Below are positions 26,673-38,600 of a stretch of 40,587 nt of DNA, one piece after another. Position 1 is the first letter of the stretch, and the number at the start of each line of letters is the position of its first letter. The notes beneath the pieces are model-generated. The model made no database searches. It was not told the origin of the DNA and saw only the letters and a program-made list of their open reading frames with translations. Made by a program: the position numbers and the translations under genes. This DNA comes from Octopus sinensis (lineage: Eukaryota): assembly GCF_006345805.1 (NCBI RefSeq), contig NW_021835418.1:1-40587 (forward strand), given 5' to 3'.

Positions 26673-26961
26673 ATGTATGAGTGTATGTATATGTGTGTGT
26701 GTGTGTATATATATGTATACATATGTGTATAGGTATAAGTGAGAATCTCCTTATTTACCTAAAACTCTATTCTTCTATATATATTTTTTATTTTTTTATT
26801 CTTTTATTCTTTTATTCATTCTTTTATCTAATTTACCATTGACTCCTTGACCACTCCCCCAAGTATGATATTTTGCGCTTTGCCTACCCCCAAAAAGTCC
26901 CCCACCACCACCCCTTTAAACCTGCCTAAATGTATAAATGCCAATACAATTCTTGTTAACT

Positions 26962-27012
26962 AGCTTCCTGAAGATTTCTCTTGAATGAAACAGTTCTAGT
27001 CCTGTAGAAGCT
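26962..27012 (+). ncRNA. Type I hammerhead ribozyme motif, copy 3 (CUGAAGA core)
   Basis: Stem I AGCTTC 26962-67 pairs with GAAGCT 27007-12. The core is CTGAAGA 26968-74 and GAAA 26987-90. Stem III is ACAG/CTGT, and the GUA triplet ends at 27006. Confidence 0.8.
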
Positions 27013-27099
27013 CCTTCTATATAATAAATTAATTTTACTCTGCTATGTATTGAGTACCTTATTTACTGTGGTTAACCCCGAATCAACCCGGGACCTACA

Positions 27100-27667
27100 T
27101 ATATATATATATATATATATACACATACATACATGTAAATACATACATATACATATATACACACACATACATACATACATACACACACATACACATATAC
27201 ATGCGTACCCATACACACACACACACGCGCATCCATATATACACATAAGTACACACATGCGTAAAAGTATACATATATCTATACATATGCTTACACATAC
27301 ACACACACACGCGCCTCCTTATGTTCATATACTTACATGCATACTCAAAAAATAAATAATAAAATATATATACGTGCAGTTATTCATATACATACATGCA
27401 TACTCAAAAAATAAATAATAAATATTAAGTATATATACGTGCAGTTACCTATTATACAGACGGATACATACATATAAACTTACACACACACATATATATA
27501 TATATATATAATATATATATATATACATACTTACACATATGTACATATACATACACACATACATAACTCTACGTACCTACATATACATAAACACACGAGC
27601 GTACACGTATATGTACATATACACATACACATACACACACATACATACATACATATACATACACACA

Positions 27668-27710
<43 letters not shown>

Positions 27711-27856
27711 CGTAAACATGATGATGATGATGATGATGATACATACATATAACATATACACACATACACACACACCATATATATATACACACACACACAT
27801 ACATATACATACACACATATACACAATATGTATATGTAAAAATATATATATATGTA

Positions 27857-27890
<34 letters not shown>

Positions 27891-28172
27891 TATATGTATA
27901 TATATGTGTGTATGCATATGTATGTGTATATGTATGTGTGTATATATATGTATGTATATATAAAATATTATATAATTAGGGCTTAGTAAAATAAATTACT
28001 TTGCCACATACTGAACTTTCTAGAAATAGCAGCCAAAAAAGTTTTTTAGCCATTTCCACTACTTAAAGAAAATTTCTCTCAGACAATGTTTACTCAAAAA
28101 TAATGGTCCTTTTACATACTGAATACTTGGTGAAATTGATTAATAACTAATTAACTTTACCCTCAATTGTTG

Positions 28173-28208
<36 letters not shown>

Positions 28209-28352
28209 ATGTATATGTATGTATGTATGTGTGTGTATGTGTATGTGTATATGTACATATACGTGTACGCTCGTGTGTTTATGTATATGTAGGTACGTAG
28301 AGTTATGTATGTGTGTATGTATATGTACATATGTGTAAGTATGTATATATAT

Positions 28353-28383
<31 letters not shown>

Positions 28384-28743
28384 AAGTTTATATGTATGTA
28401 TCCGTCTGTATAATAGGTAACTGCACGTATATATACTTAATATTTATTATTTATTTTTTGAGTATGCATGTATGTATATGTATAACTGCACGTATATATA
28501 TTTTATTATTTATTTTTTGAGTATGCATGCAAGTATATGAACATAAGGAGGTGCGTGTGTGTGTGTGTATGTGTAAGCATATGTATAGATATATGTATAC
28601 TTTGACGCATGTGTGTACTTATGAGTATATATGGATGCGCGTGTGTGTGTGTATGGGTACGCATGTATATGTGTATGTGTGTGTATGTATATGTGTATGT
28701 ATGTGTGTGTGTATATATGTATATGTATGTATGTACATGTATG

Positions 28744-28760
<17 letters not shown>
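27100..28760. repeat. Inverted repeat pair (~27120-27660 and ~28200-28760) around a ~500-bp spacer
   Basis: Landmark strings such as ataactctacgtacctacatatacataaacacacgagcgtacacgt (~27563) and tacagacggatacatacatataaacttacac (~27455) recur as reverse complements at ~28260 and ~28380. Confidence 0.85.
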
Positions 28761-28796
<36 letters not shown>

Positions 28797-28937
28797 GTAT
28801 ATATATATATGTATGTGTATATGTATGTATATGTATGTGTATGTATGCACGTATATGTATGTATATGTATATGTGTGTGGGTATGTGTATGGTATATATG
28901 TATGTATGTATGGGTGTATGTATGTATGTATATATAC

Positions 28938-28991
<54 letters not shown>

Positions 28992-29393
28992 TTGTATGTA
29001 GGTGTGTATATGTATGTTGTATATATATTTATTGGTGTATATGTACGGACTAGTCTTCTAAGCGTGTAGACATGAATCTGTAGGTACGCGTACGTATGTG
29101 TATAAATGTGAATGTATGTAGATGTATGTATGTATGAATATAACGCGTGCGTGCGTGTATGTGTATGAGTGTACGAATGAGTGAGTGTGCGTGCTAATGA
29201 GTGTGTGCGTGAGTGAGTGCTTGTGTTCAAGTAGAAAGATAATGGACTTGCTGTCGTAGCCAAGATGCCTGTGACCCGCGGTCAAAGATAACAAAAGTAA
29301 TAAATGAAGATAATAATAAAATTAAAATTAGGGAATGGGTTTGTATTTGTATGTATATGTGTGTATGTGTAGGTATGTATAGGTACACATATG

Positions 29394-29462
<69 letters not shown>

Positions 29463-29621
29463 GTGTATATAGGGACTTGTGTGTGCATGTGTGTATGTGG
29501 ATATGTGTGTGTATGTGTGTATGTGTATGTGTGTGTATGTATATATTTTTGTGTGTATATGTATGTGTGGTCGTGTGTGTATATATACATGTGTGTGTGT
29601 ATATATATGTGCATATATATG

Positions 29622-29661
<40 letters not shown>

Positions 29662-29961
29662 GTGTTGTATATGTATATGTATATATAGTGTGGTGTGGTA
29701 TGTATGTGTGTATGTATATGTGTGTGTGTGTGTATATATACATGTGTATATGTATAAGTGAGAATCTCCTTATTTACCTAAAACTCTATTCTTCTATATA
29801 TTTTTTATTCTTTTATTTATTCTTTTATCTAATTTACCACTGACTCCTTGACCACCCCCAAGTATGATATTTTTGCGCTATGCCTACCCCCAAAAAGTCC
29901 CCCACCACCACCCCTTTAAACCTGCCTAAATGTATAAATGCCAATACAATTCTTGTTAACT

Positions 29962-30012
29962 AGCTTCCTGATGATTTCTCTTGAATGAAACAGTTCTAGT
30001 CCTGTAGAAGCT
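29962..30012 (+). ncRNA. Type I hammerhead ribozyme motif, copy 4 (CUGAUGA core)
   Basis: Same fold, exactly 3000 bp downstream of copy 3. The GUA triplet ends at 30006. Confidence 0.8.
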
Positions 30013-30108
30013 CCTTCTATATAATAAATTAATTTTACTCTGCTATGTATTGAGTACCTTATTTACTGTGGTTAACCCCGAATCAACCCGGGACCTACAT
30101 ATATATAT

Positions 30109-30207
<99 letters not shown>

Positions 30208-30449
30208 AAATAATTAAATTAGAGATAAAAGCACTATTAGGCAAATCAAACAGAGTAAAACATAAACCAAGACAAATAAAAAATAATAATATACAAAATA
30301 TATAAAATATAAAATATATAAAAAATTGCTTGGCCGCAATTTAATGACTGCAGGATCCAGTAAAAGATCAACATACACATACAAGTAAATATATTTACAT
30401 GGTTATGTTCACACATATGTTAATATATGTGTGTTATATATATCTTTTC

Positions 30450-30640
30450 TCTCGTTTACTTGTTTCAGTCTTTTGACTGCGGCCATGCTGGAGCACCACC
30501 TTCAAGTAGAGTAAATCGACCCCAGGACTTATTCTTTGTAAGCCTAGTACTTATTCTATCAGTCTCTTTTGCTGAATCGCTAAGTTACAGGGACATAAAC
30601 ACACCAGCATTGGTTGTCAAGCAATGGTGGGGGGACAAAC
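30450..30640 (-). mobile_element. SINE-like repeat (family of 11533-11725)
   Basis: cttgtttcagtcttttgactgcggccatgctggagcacc...gaccccaggacttattctttgtaagcctagtacttattctat. Confidence 0.75.
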
Positions 30641-30669
30641 ATATACACACATACATATATATACATATA

Positions 30670-30825
30670 TACGACGGGCTTCTTCCAGTTTCCGTCTACC
30701 AAATTCACTCACAAGGCTTTGGTCGGCCCGAGGCTATAGCAGAAGACACTTGCCCAAGGTGCCACGCAGTGGGACTGAACACAGAACCATGTGGTTGGTA
30801 AGCAATCTACTGACAAAACAGCCAC
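30670..30825 (-). mobile_element. tRNA-derived SINE
   Basis: gtttccgtctaccaaattcactcacaaggctttggtcggcccgagg...cacttgcccaaggtgccacgcagtgggactgaac; a near-identical family member lies at 39836-39995. Confidence 0.8.
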
Positions 30826-31007
30826 TTCTACATATATATATATGTGTGTGTGTATATATGCATATGTATGTGTGATGGACACTCCAATTGAAAACAACAT
30901 ACGAGCATCCATCTTTTGCCCAAAGGTCTGCAGAAACAATTCCTTTACAGTGATGAAATGTTCATGCTGTACTTTCACTCACTCTACCCATCAAATACAT
31001 GTGCGTG

Positions 31008-31050
<43 letters not shown>

Positions 31051-31177
31051 CATATACATACATAAACATACATATACATATATATACATACATATACATA
31101 TATATACATATATATACATATATACATATACATATATATACATATATATACATATACATATATATACATATATATAC

Positions 31178-32193
31178 GATCACAAGTTATGCAGATGATA
31201 CAAAAGTTTCACAGGCAATACAGAACCCTGAGAACACTAAACGCCTGCAATGTGAGCTGGACAAAATATACAAGTGGGCTGAAAAGAATAGCATGCAGTT
31301 CAATGCTGAAAAGTTTCAAGCTTTATACTATCAGCATGCAAAACTAAATGCAATACCCAATGAATACACTGGACCCGGAGGAATAGCAATCCCAGAGGCA
31401 CAATCAGTGCGTGACCTGGGTATTTACATGAGTGACAACGCAACCTTTCATGTACATGTTGCTAAATTGGCAATGAAATGTAGACGACTGGCCGGATGGA
31501 TCCTCAGAACCTTTAGAACAAGAGAACAAGAAACCATGATGGTCCTCTGGAGGACACTTGTCCTAAGCCACTTTGACTACTGCTCTCAGTTATGGTCACC
31601 ATCCAGTGTCAAGTTGATCACAGAGCTCGAGGCGATCCAACGCAGCTACACGAAGAAGATAGCCTCTATGCAGAATGTAAGCTACTGGGAAAGACTCAAG
31701 AGATTAAAACTATATTCCTTGAAGCGTAGGCGGGAAAGATATGCCATAATATACATCTGGAAGATCCTGGAGGGACGTGTCCTAAACTTTGGCATCGGGA
31801 GTTACGCAAATGCCAGAACTGGGCGCCACTGCGTGGTGCCTAGGACTCCAAGTTTGCCATCAAGATGTAGGACAAGATTCTGTGATAGCCTGGGCTTCCG
31901 AGGCCCACAGCTCTTCAATATCCTCCCGAAGAACCTGAGAGACCTGCATGGGGTGGATGCAGATGTCTTTAAAATGAAACTGGATCTCTTCCTGTCAGGT
32001 GTCCCAGATGAACCAACTTCACGGCAGGAGGTGCAGATGAGGGCAGCTGCATCGAACTCTCTCATGCACCAAATGGCAGTTGCTAAAAAGCTTTCGTGAA
32101 GTAAAACCAAGTAGCAACACCAAATGGCGATGCCCAGCATGGCCACAGCTCATAAGCTGAAACTAGAATTAATCAATCAATCAATCAATCAAT
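31178..32193 (+). mobile_element. 5'-truncated CR1/L2-like LINE: RT C-terminus (YADD) through the stop, short 3' UTR and (ATCA)n tail
   Basis: Open frame SYADDTK...MQFNAEK...VRDLG...[11 protein letters not shown]...[18 protein letters not shown] to the stop at 32099. The upstream part of the called ORF is microsatellite. Confidence 0.9.
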
Positions 32194-32204
32194 CATACAT
32201 ATAC

Positions 32205-32246
<42 letters not shown>

Positions 32247-32654
32247 TTGTGTCTGGGGAGAGTGATTGCGTCAAGACTATTGAAAAGGTTGCAAGAGGCA
32301 AGGAAAATTTTAGAAAATAAAAATAAGAAATAAGTGGAAATTTTACCGGTGAGTGTGTTAAATAATTAGGCACTAAAAGTGAATGACTCTCCCCAGACAC
32401 AACAGAATGTGCTTCAACACACGAACTCACATAAAGAATTTTGCAAACCAAATCCAAAATCGAAATATATATATACACACACATATATATACATACATAC
32501 ATATGTGTGTGTGCGTATATATATATAAATAAATAATACATATATATATATATATGTATACATATACATAATACGCGTGTGTGTGTGTGTGTGTTTATAT
32601 TTATATATATATATATAAATAATACGCACACACACATATATATATACATATATA

Positions 32655-33040
32655 TAAATTTTGTCATTGAAAGCTACACCAATGCCAGAACAGGACGACA
32701 CTGCATAGTGCCAAAGATTCCAGCAATGCCATCGCACTTCGGGACCAGTTACTGCAACAGTCTGGATTTCAGGGGCCCACAGCTTTTTAATATCCTCTTA
32801 AAGAACCTGAAGAACTTGCACAAAGTAAATGTAGGAGATTTTAAATCAAAGCTGGACCTCTTCCTGTTGAGAGTCTCAGATGAACCTCCCTCACGTCAAG
32901 AGGTGTAAATAAGGGTGGCTACATCAAACTCCATTCTTTACCAAGTGCCACATATTGGAGGAGGCACTCAGTAATAACAGTGTAGCAAAACGGCAGTCGC
33001 TCCAGCATGGCCGCAGCTCTGAGCTGAAACTACAGAAATA
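32655..33040 (+). mobile_element. Second, more diverged 3' fragment of the same CR1/L2-like LINE
   Basis: [11 protein letters not shown]...[14 protein letters not shown]...KLDLFL...DEPPSRQEV, followed by the same 3' tail motif. Confidence 0.85.
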
Positions 33041-33100
33041 AATATATATAATACGTATGTGGATGTTTTTATATTTACAAATATATATATATAATATACA

Positions 33101-33151
<51 letters not shown>

Positions 33152-33314
33152 ACATTATCATCGTTTAACGTCCGTTTTCCGTGCTAGCACGGGTTATATA
33201 TATATAGTGCATACATATATATATTGAATATATACCAAATAATTGTCACATATTACATTTACCGATATATATATATATATTTATATACATACAAAAAACA
33301 TACATAAATGTATA

Positions 33315-33590
33315 CTACATACGTATGTGACGGTGGCACGTAAAATGCATCATTCAAACATGCTTGATGCCAGCACTGCCTGAGTGGCCCTGATGCCTGT
33401 GGCACATAAAAAGCACCGACTTCACTCTCGGAGTGGTTGGCATTAGGAATGGTATCCAACTGCAGAAACTTTGCCAGATGAGATTGGGGCCTGGTGCAGC
33501 CTTCTGGTTTGCCAGCCCTCAGTCAAACCGTCCAATTCATGCCAGCATGGAAGCAGACGTTAAAGACGACGACGATGATGATGATACATA
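33315..33590 (+). mobile_element. RTE 3'-end / RTE-tail SINE copy
   Basis: cactctcggagtggttggcattagg...gcagacgttaaagacgacgacgatgatgat. Confidence 0.75.
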
Positions 33591-34290
33591 TATGTCTCTA
33601 TGTATGTATGTATTTGTAGCCCTCTTAGACATGCCAGTGGCCCCTCAGACAGCCATAGTTACCAGCTATGCTAACGATACAAAATTATCAGAGGCAATAA
33701 AAAAATCAAAGATGACATCGCAAGATTACAGCTGGGGCAAACGACTGAGAAAAGCTGCAAGACCATGATGGTGCTCCAGCATGACCACAGCTACATGTGT
33801 AAAGAAATGTGTAAAAGAATAATATATCTGTGCGTGTGTGTATTATGAAACCGTATCAAAACTTTCCTGCACAAATTATCGACTCATAAGGCTGGTTTCC
33901 CTTATTCTGTCATGTATATATTTCCCCCAATGAAGAGGAAGGTGGGCCATCATTGGATTCCTTGTTTTTACTAGCCGAATAAATTGGGGGAAGTGGAATG
34001 AAGAGTGTTGCTCAAGAAAACAATCTATCACCCAATCCAGGAATTGAAACCTTAATCTTAGTATCATGAGTGCAACACACTAGAAATGTGCATCCACACA
34101 TTCACACAGACACACAGACACAAACACACATGTACAGGGGTATAAATATACACAAGTATACACCCTTATATATGCATATATAATTAAACATATATATATA
34201 TACACGTAAATACATACACACACACAGTTACAGTAAATATATATATGCATATACATACATATATATACACACACACATATATATATACAA

Positions 34291-34321
<31 letters not shown>

Positions 34322-34751
34322 TACATGCACAGTAATACTTTTCTAGTAAAAATTTTCCCACGCTATTTGGTTGAGAATCCAACAAAAGCTTTCTAAGAAA
34401 GTGTTTTATGAGAATGCTTACCCAAGTGTAAATAACAAGAATTGACAGTTTTTACTTCGCATTCATCAAACCTATTTGAGTTTTGGGATTTCTAAACATA
34501 TACATTCATACACCCATTTATATACACCCACATACAAACATTTTTGTGTATATGTTATCATTCTTTACTTTTTTAAGACTGTGGCCGTGCTGGGGCACCA
34601 CCCAACTTATCAACCTAAGGACTTAATATTATAAAGCTTGGGACTTATTCTAAGGGTTTCTTTTAACAAACCATTAATTTATGGGGACATAAACACACAC
34701 TCACCAGATGGCAACTGTTGGGATTGGGGAACAGACAGAGACACAGATATA

Positions 34752-35078
34752 CACACACCATTTCCTTGGTGAGACCTAAAGTTCAAAGGTCGTGCTTCAC
34801 CACCTCGTCCCAGGTTTTCATGGGTCTACCTCTTCCACAGGTTCCCTTAATCACTAGGGTGTGGCACTTTTTCACACAACTATCTTCATCCATTCTCGCC
34901 ACATGCCCATACCAGCGCAAACGTCTCTCTTGCACACCACAACTGATGCTTCTTAGGTCCAACTTTTCCCTCAAGGTACTTACACTCTGTCAAGTATGAA
35001 CACTGACATTACACATCCATCAGAGCATACTGGCTTCATTTCTTGCGAGCTGACGCATATCCTCAGCAGTCACGGCCT
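34752..35078 (-). mobile_element. RTE LINE 3' coding fragment
   Basis: LDLRSISCGVQERRLRWYGHVARMDED...RGRPMKTWDEVVKHDL, homologous to 36500-36898. Confidence 0.9.
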
Positions 35079-35084
35079 ATATAT

Positions 35085-35315
35085 ATATATTTCTTTACTA
35101 ACCACAGGGGGCTAAACATAGAGGGGACAAACAAGGACAGACAAAGGGATTAAGTCGATTACATCAACTCAGTGCGAAACTGGTACTTTATTTATCGACC
35201 CCAAGAGGATGAAAGGCAAAGTTGACCTCGGTGGAATATGAACTCAGAACGTAACGACAGACGAAATACGGCTACTTATTTCGCATGGCGAGCTAACGTT
35301 TCTGCTAGCTCGCCA

Positions 35316-35320
<5 letters not shown>
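35085..35320 (-). mobile_element. tRNA-derived SINE
   Basis: tcgaccccaagaggatgaaaggcaaagttgacctcggtggaatatgaactcagaacg...gctagctcgcc. Confidence 0.8.
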
Positions 35321-35409
<89 letters not shown>

Positions 35410-35449
35410 GTATATATATATGTATATATATATATGTAAGGAGTGTATG

Positions 35450-35512
<63 letters not shown>

Positions 35513-35696
35513 GGTAAGGAGTGTATGTATATATATATATATTTCTACACACACACATACGCATACATATACACACATACACATGCATACATGCACACAC
35601 ATTCATTGATATTATGCCTTTGGCTGATCAGAAAATTGTGATCCTTTTGTTAGAAGAAAATGAAGAAAAAACCCTCATATATATAATATATATATA

Positions 35697-38600
35697 TATC
35701 ATCATCATCATCATCATCATCGTTTAACGTCCGCTTTCCATGCTAGCATGGGTTGGACGGTTCAACTGGGGTCTGGCAAGCCCGAAGGCTGCACCAGGCC
35801 AGTCAGATCTGGCAGTGTTTCTACAGCTGGATGCCCTTCCTAACGCCAACCACTCCGAGAGTGTAGGGGTGATTTTATGTGCCACGACACAGGTGCCAGA
35901 CGAGGCTGGCAGACGGCCACGCTCGGATGGTGTTTTTTATGTGCCACCGACACAGGTGCCAGACGAGGCTGGCAGACGGCCACGCTCGGATGGTGTTTCT
36001 TATGTGCCACCGACACAGGTGCCAGACGAGGCTGGCAGACGGCCAAGCTCGGATGGTGTTTTTTATGTGCCACCGACACAGGTGCCAGACGAGGCTGGCA
36101 GACGGCCACGCTCGGATGGTGTTTCTTATGTGCCACCGACACAGGTGCCAGACGAGGCTGGTAGACGGCCAAGCTCGGATGGTGTTTTCTTATGTGTCAC
36201 CGGCACAGGTGCCAGACGGGGCTGGCGAACGGCCACGCTCGGATGGTGTTTGTTATGTGCCCTCAGCACGGAGGCCAGTCGATGCGGTACTGGCTACGGT
36301 CACGTTCAGATGGTTTTCTTATGTGCCACTGGCACTGGTACCATAAAGGATACAAATTCCATTGACGTACATCTATTTTGATTTGGTTTTGATTTTGATT
36401 TTCACTTGCCTCAACAGGTCTTCTCAAGTGCCACAATAAGGAAGGTATGCACAGGTGGACTGACTACGTCCCAGGTAGGGGCCACGGGTTATGGCTTCAC
36501 TAGTCTTGCCGGGTCTTCTCACGCACGGCATACTTCCATAGGTCTCGGTCTCTAGTCATTTCCATGGTGAGACCTAACGTCCGAAGGTCGTGCTTCACCA
36601 CCTCGTCCCAGGTTTTCCTGGGTCTACCTCTTCCACGGGTTCCCTCAACTGCTAGGGATTCGCACTTTCTCCCACACCTATCTTCATCCATTCTCGCCAC
36701 ATGACCATACCAGCGCAATCGTCTCTCTTGCACACCACAACTGATGCTTCTTAGGTACAACATTTCTCTCAAGGTACTAACGCTCTGTCGTGTAAGTACA
36801 CTGACATTACACATCCATCGGAGCATACTGGCTTCATTCCTCACGAGCTTACGCATGTCCTCAGCAGTCACGGCCCATGTTTCACTGCCATGTAGCATAG
36901 CTGTTCGTACACATGCATCATACAGTCTGCCTTTTACTCTGAGCGAGAGGCTTTAGTCACCAGCAGAGGTAAGAGCTCCCTAAACTTTGCCCAGGCTATT
37001 CTTATTCTAGCAGTTACACTTTCAGCGCACCCACCCCCACTACTGACTTGGTCACCTAGATATTGGGAGCTATCAACTACTTCTAGCTTTTCCCCCCGGA
37101 AAGTGACGGAAGTTGTGTTTCTGCAGATTTTCGGAGGTCAATGCTCCCGAGCATCTGCCACATACAAAAACTATCTTCCCAGTTAGCCTACCTTTGACAT
37201 TGCTGCACCTCTTATGTGTCCATAGCTTACACTGGGTACATCTTATAGAGTTTCTACCTACACCTTTTCTACAGATCGAGCAGGGCCATCTTCCTGAGGA
37301 TATTTGTGGATTGTCTACCTTTCTACTTATTAGTACTTTGGTTTTAGCTAGGTTGACTCTAAGGCCCCTCGATTCTAAACCCTCCTTCCACATCTGGAAC
37401 TTCTGCTCCAGTTCTGATAGTGATTCAGCAATTAGAGCGAGGTCGTCAGCATAGAGGAGCTCCCAGGGGCAGCCTGTCTTGAATTCCTCCACAATTGCCT
37501 GGAGGACTATGATAATAGGAGGGGGCTGAGTACTGAACCCTGGTGGACCCCAACCTCTACTTTGAATTCTTCTGTGTACATTTGCCAACCCTAACCTTAC
37601 TTACGGCATCTCTGTACATGGCTTGCACAGCCCTCACCAGCCATTCATCTATCCCTAGTTTCCTCATTGACCACCAGATGAGGGATCGGGGGACCCTATC
37701 AAAGGCTTTCTCCATGTCAACGAAAGCCAGGTACAGGGGCTTATCTTTGGCTAGGTATTTCTCCTGCAGTAGCCTTACCAGGAATATAGCATCAGTGGTG
37801 CTTTTCCCTGGCACGAACCCAAACTGCATCTCATCTAAACTAACTCTCTCTCTAATTAGTTGGGCTATGACCCTCTCCGTAACCTTCATTACCTGATCCA
37901 ACAGCTTGATACCTCTGTAATTATTTATATCCAGGGCATCACCTTTACCTTTGTAGCAGTTGACTAGTATGCTGCTACACCAGTCATTGGGTATGACTCC
38001 TTCGTGTATCACCTGGTTGACTATACGGGTGACTAGGTTACAGCTGACACTGCCAGATATTTTGAGCATCTCTGCAGTAATTCCTGATGGGCCTGGGGCT
38101 TTCCCTGTCTTCATGCTTCTAATTGCCTTAGCTACCACGGAACTATCAACTCGGATAGCTGGTCCCTCTGTTGGGTCAACATTTGGCAGACTCTCTTTAT
38201 CCCATTCATTTTCTTTATTCAGCAACCCTTCATAGTGGCATCTCCAAACCTCTCTCTTTGCATCCTCATTTAGCGCAAGTGAACCATCATCCATGCGAAC
38301 ACACTTCTCTCCTACCACATCACGATTCTCTCTTACACACTGTCTTGCAACACGAAATACCTCAAGTCTTTCATCCTCACGGCTCAGAACATTGGCAAAT
38401 TTTTCTTATCTGCTTCCCCTCTGGCGAGATAAACCTGTCTCCTAGCTTCCCTTCTGGCTGTCTGATACAATTCCCTGCTACCACCGTTCTTCCAGTCCTT
38501 CCAAGCCTGTCTCTTTTGTCTAATAGCCCTGTCAACTACAGTGTTCCACCACCATGTTACTCTGGGTCGAGATGGTACTTTGCTCCATCCACAGATCTGG

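Larger units (their letters stand above)
24226..30100. mobile_element. Cluster of four non-coding hammerhead-bearing repeat units (two on the minus strand, two on the plus strand); Penelope pseudo-LTR / retrozyme-like
   Basis: Shared unique blocks occur at 24231-24497, 25506-25800, 26735-27020 and 29755-30020, and at 24905-25235, 25945-26220, 26326-26580 and 29045-29345, embedded in shared microsatellites. No RT or GIY-YIG ORF is detectable. The family assignment is inferred. Confidence 0.7.

Noticed and set aside
23273-30000. Dozens of long ORFs rich in YI, VC or HT dipeptides (also at 16.0-16.4, 35.2-35.6 and 39.3-40.5 kb)
   Set aside because: They are translations of (TA)n/(TG)n/(CA)n microsatellites, which lack stop codons in some frames.
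35879-36255. Regular ~63-bp repeats as a CRISPR-like array
   Set aside because: The units are contiguous without unique spacers and lie in a eukaryotic LINE 3' UTR.
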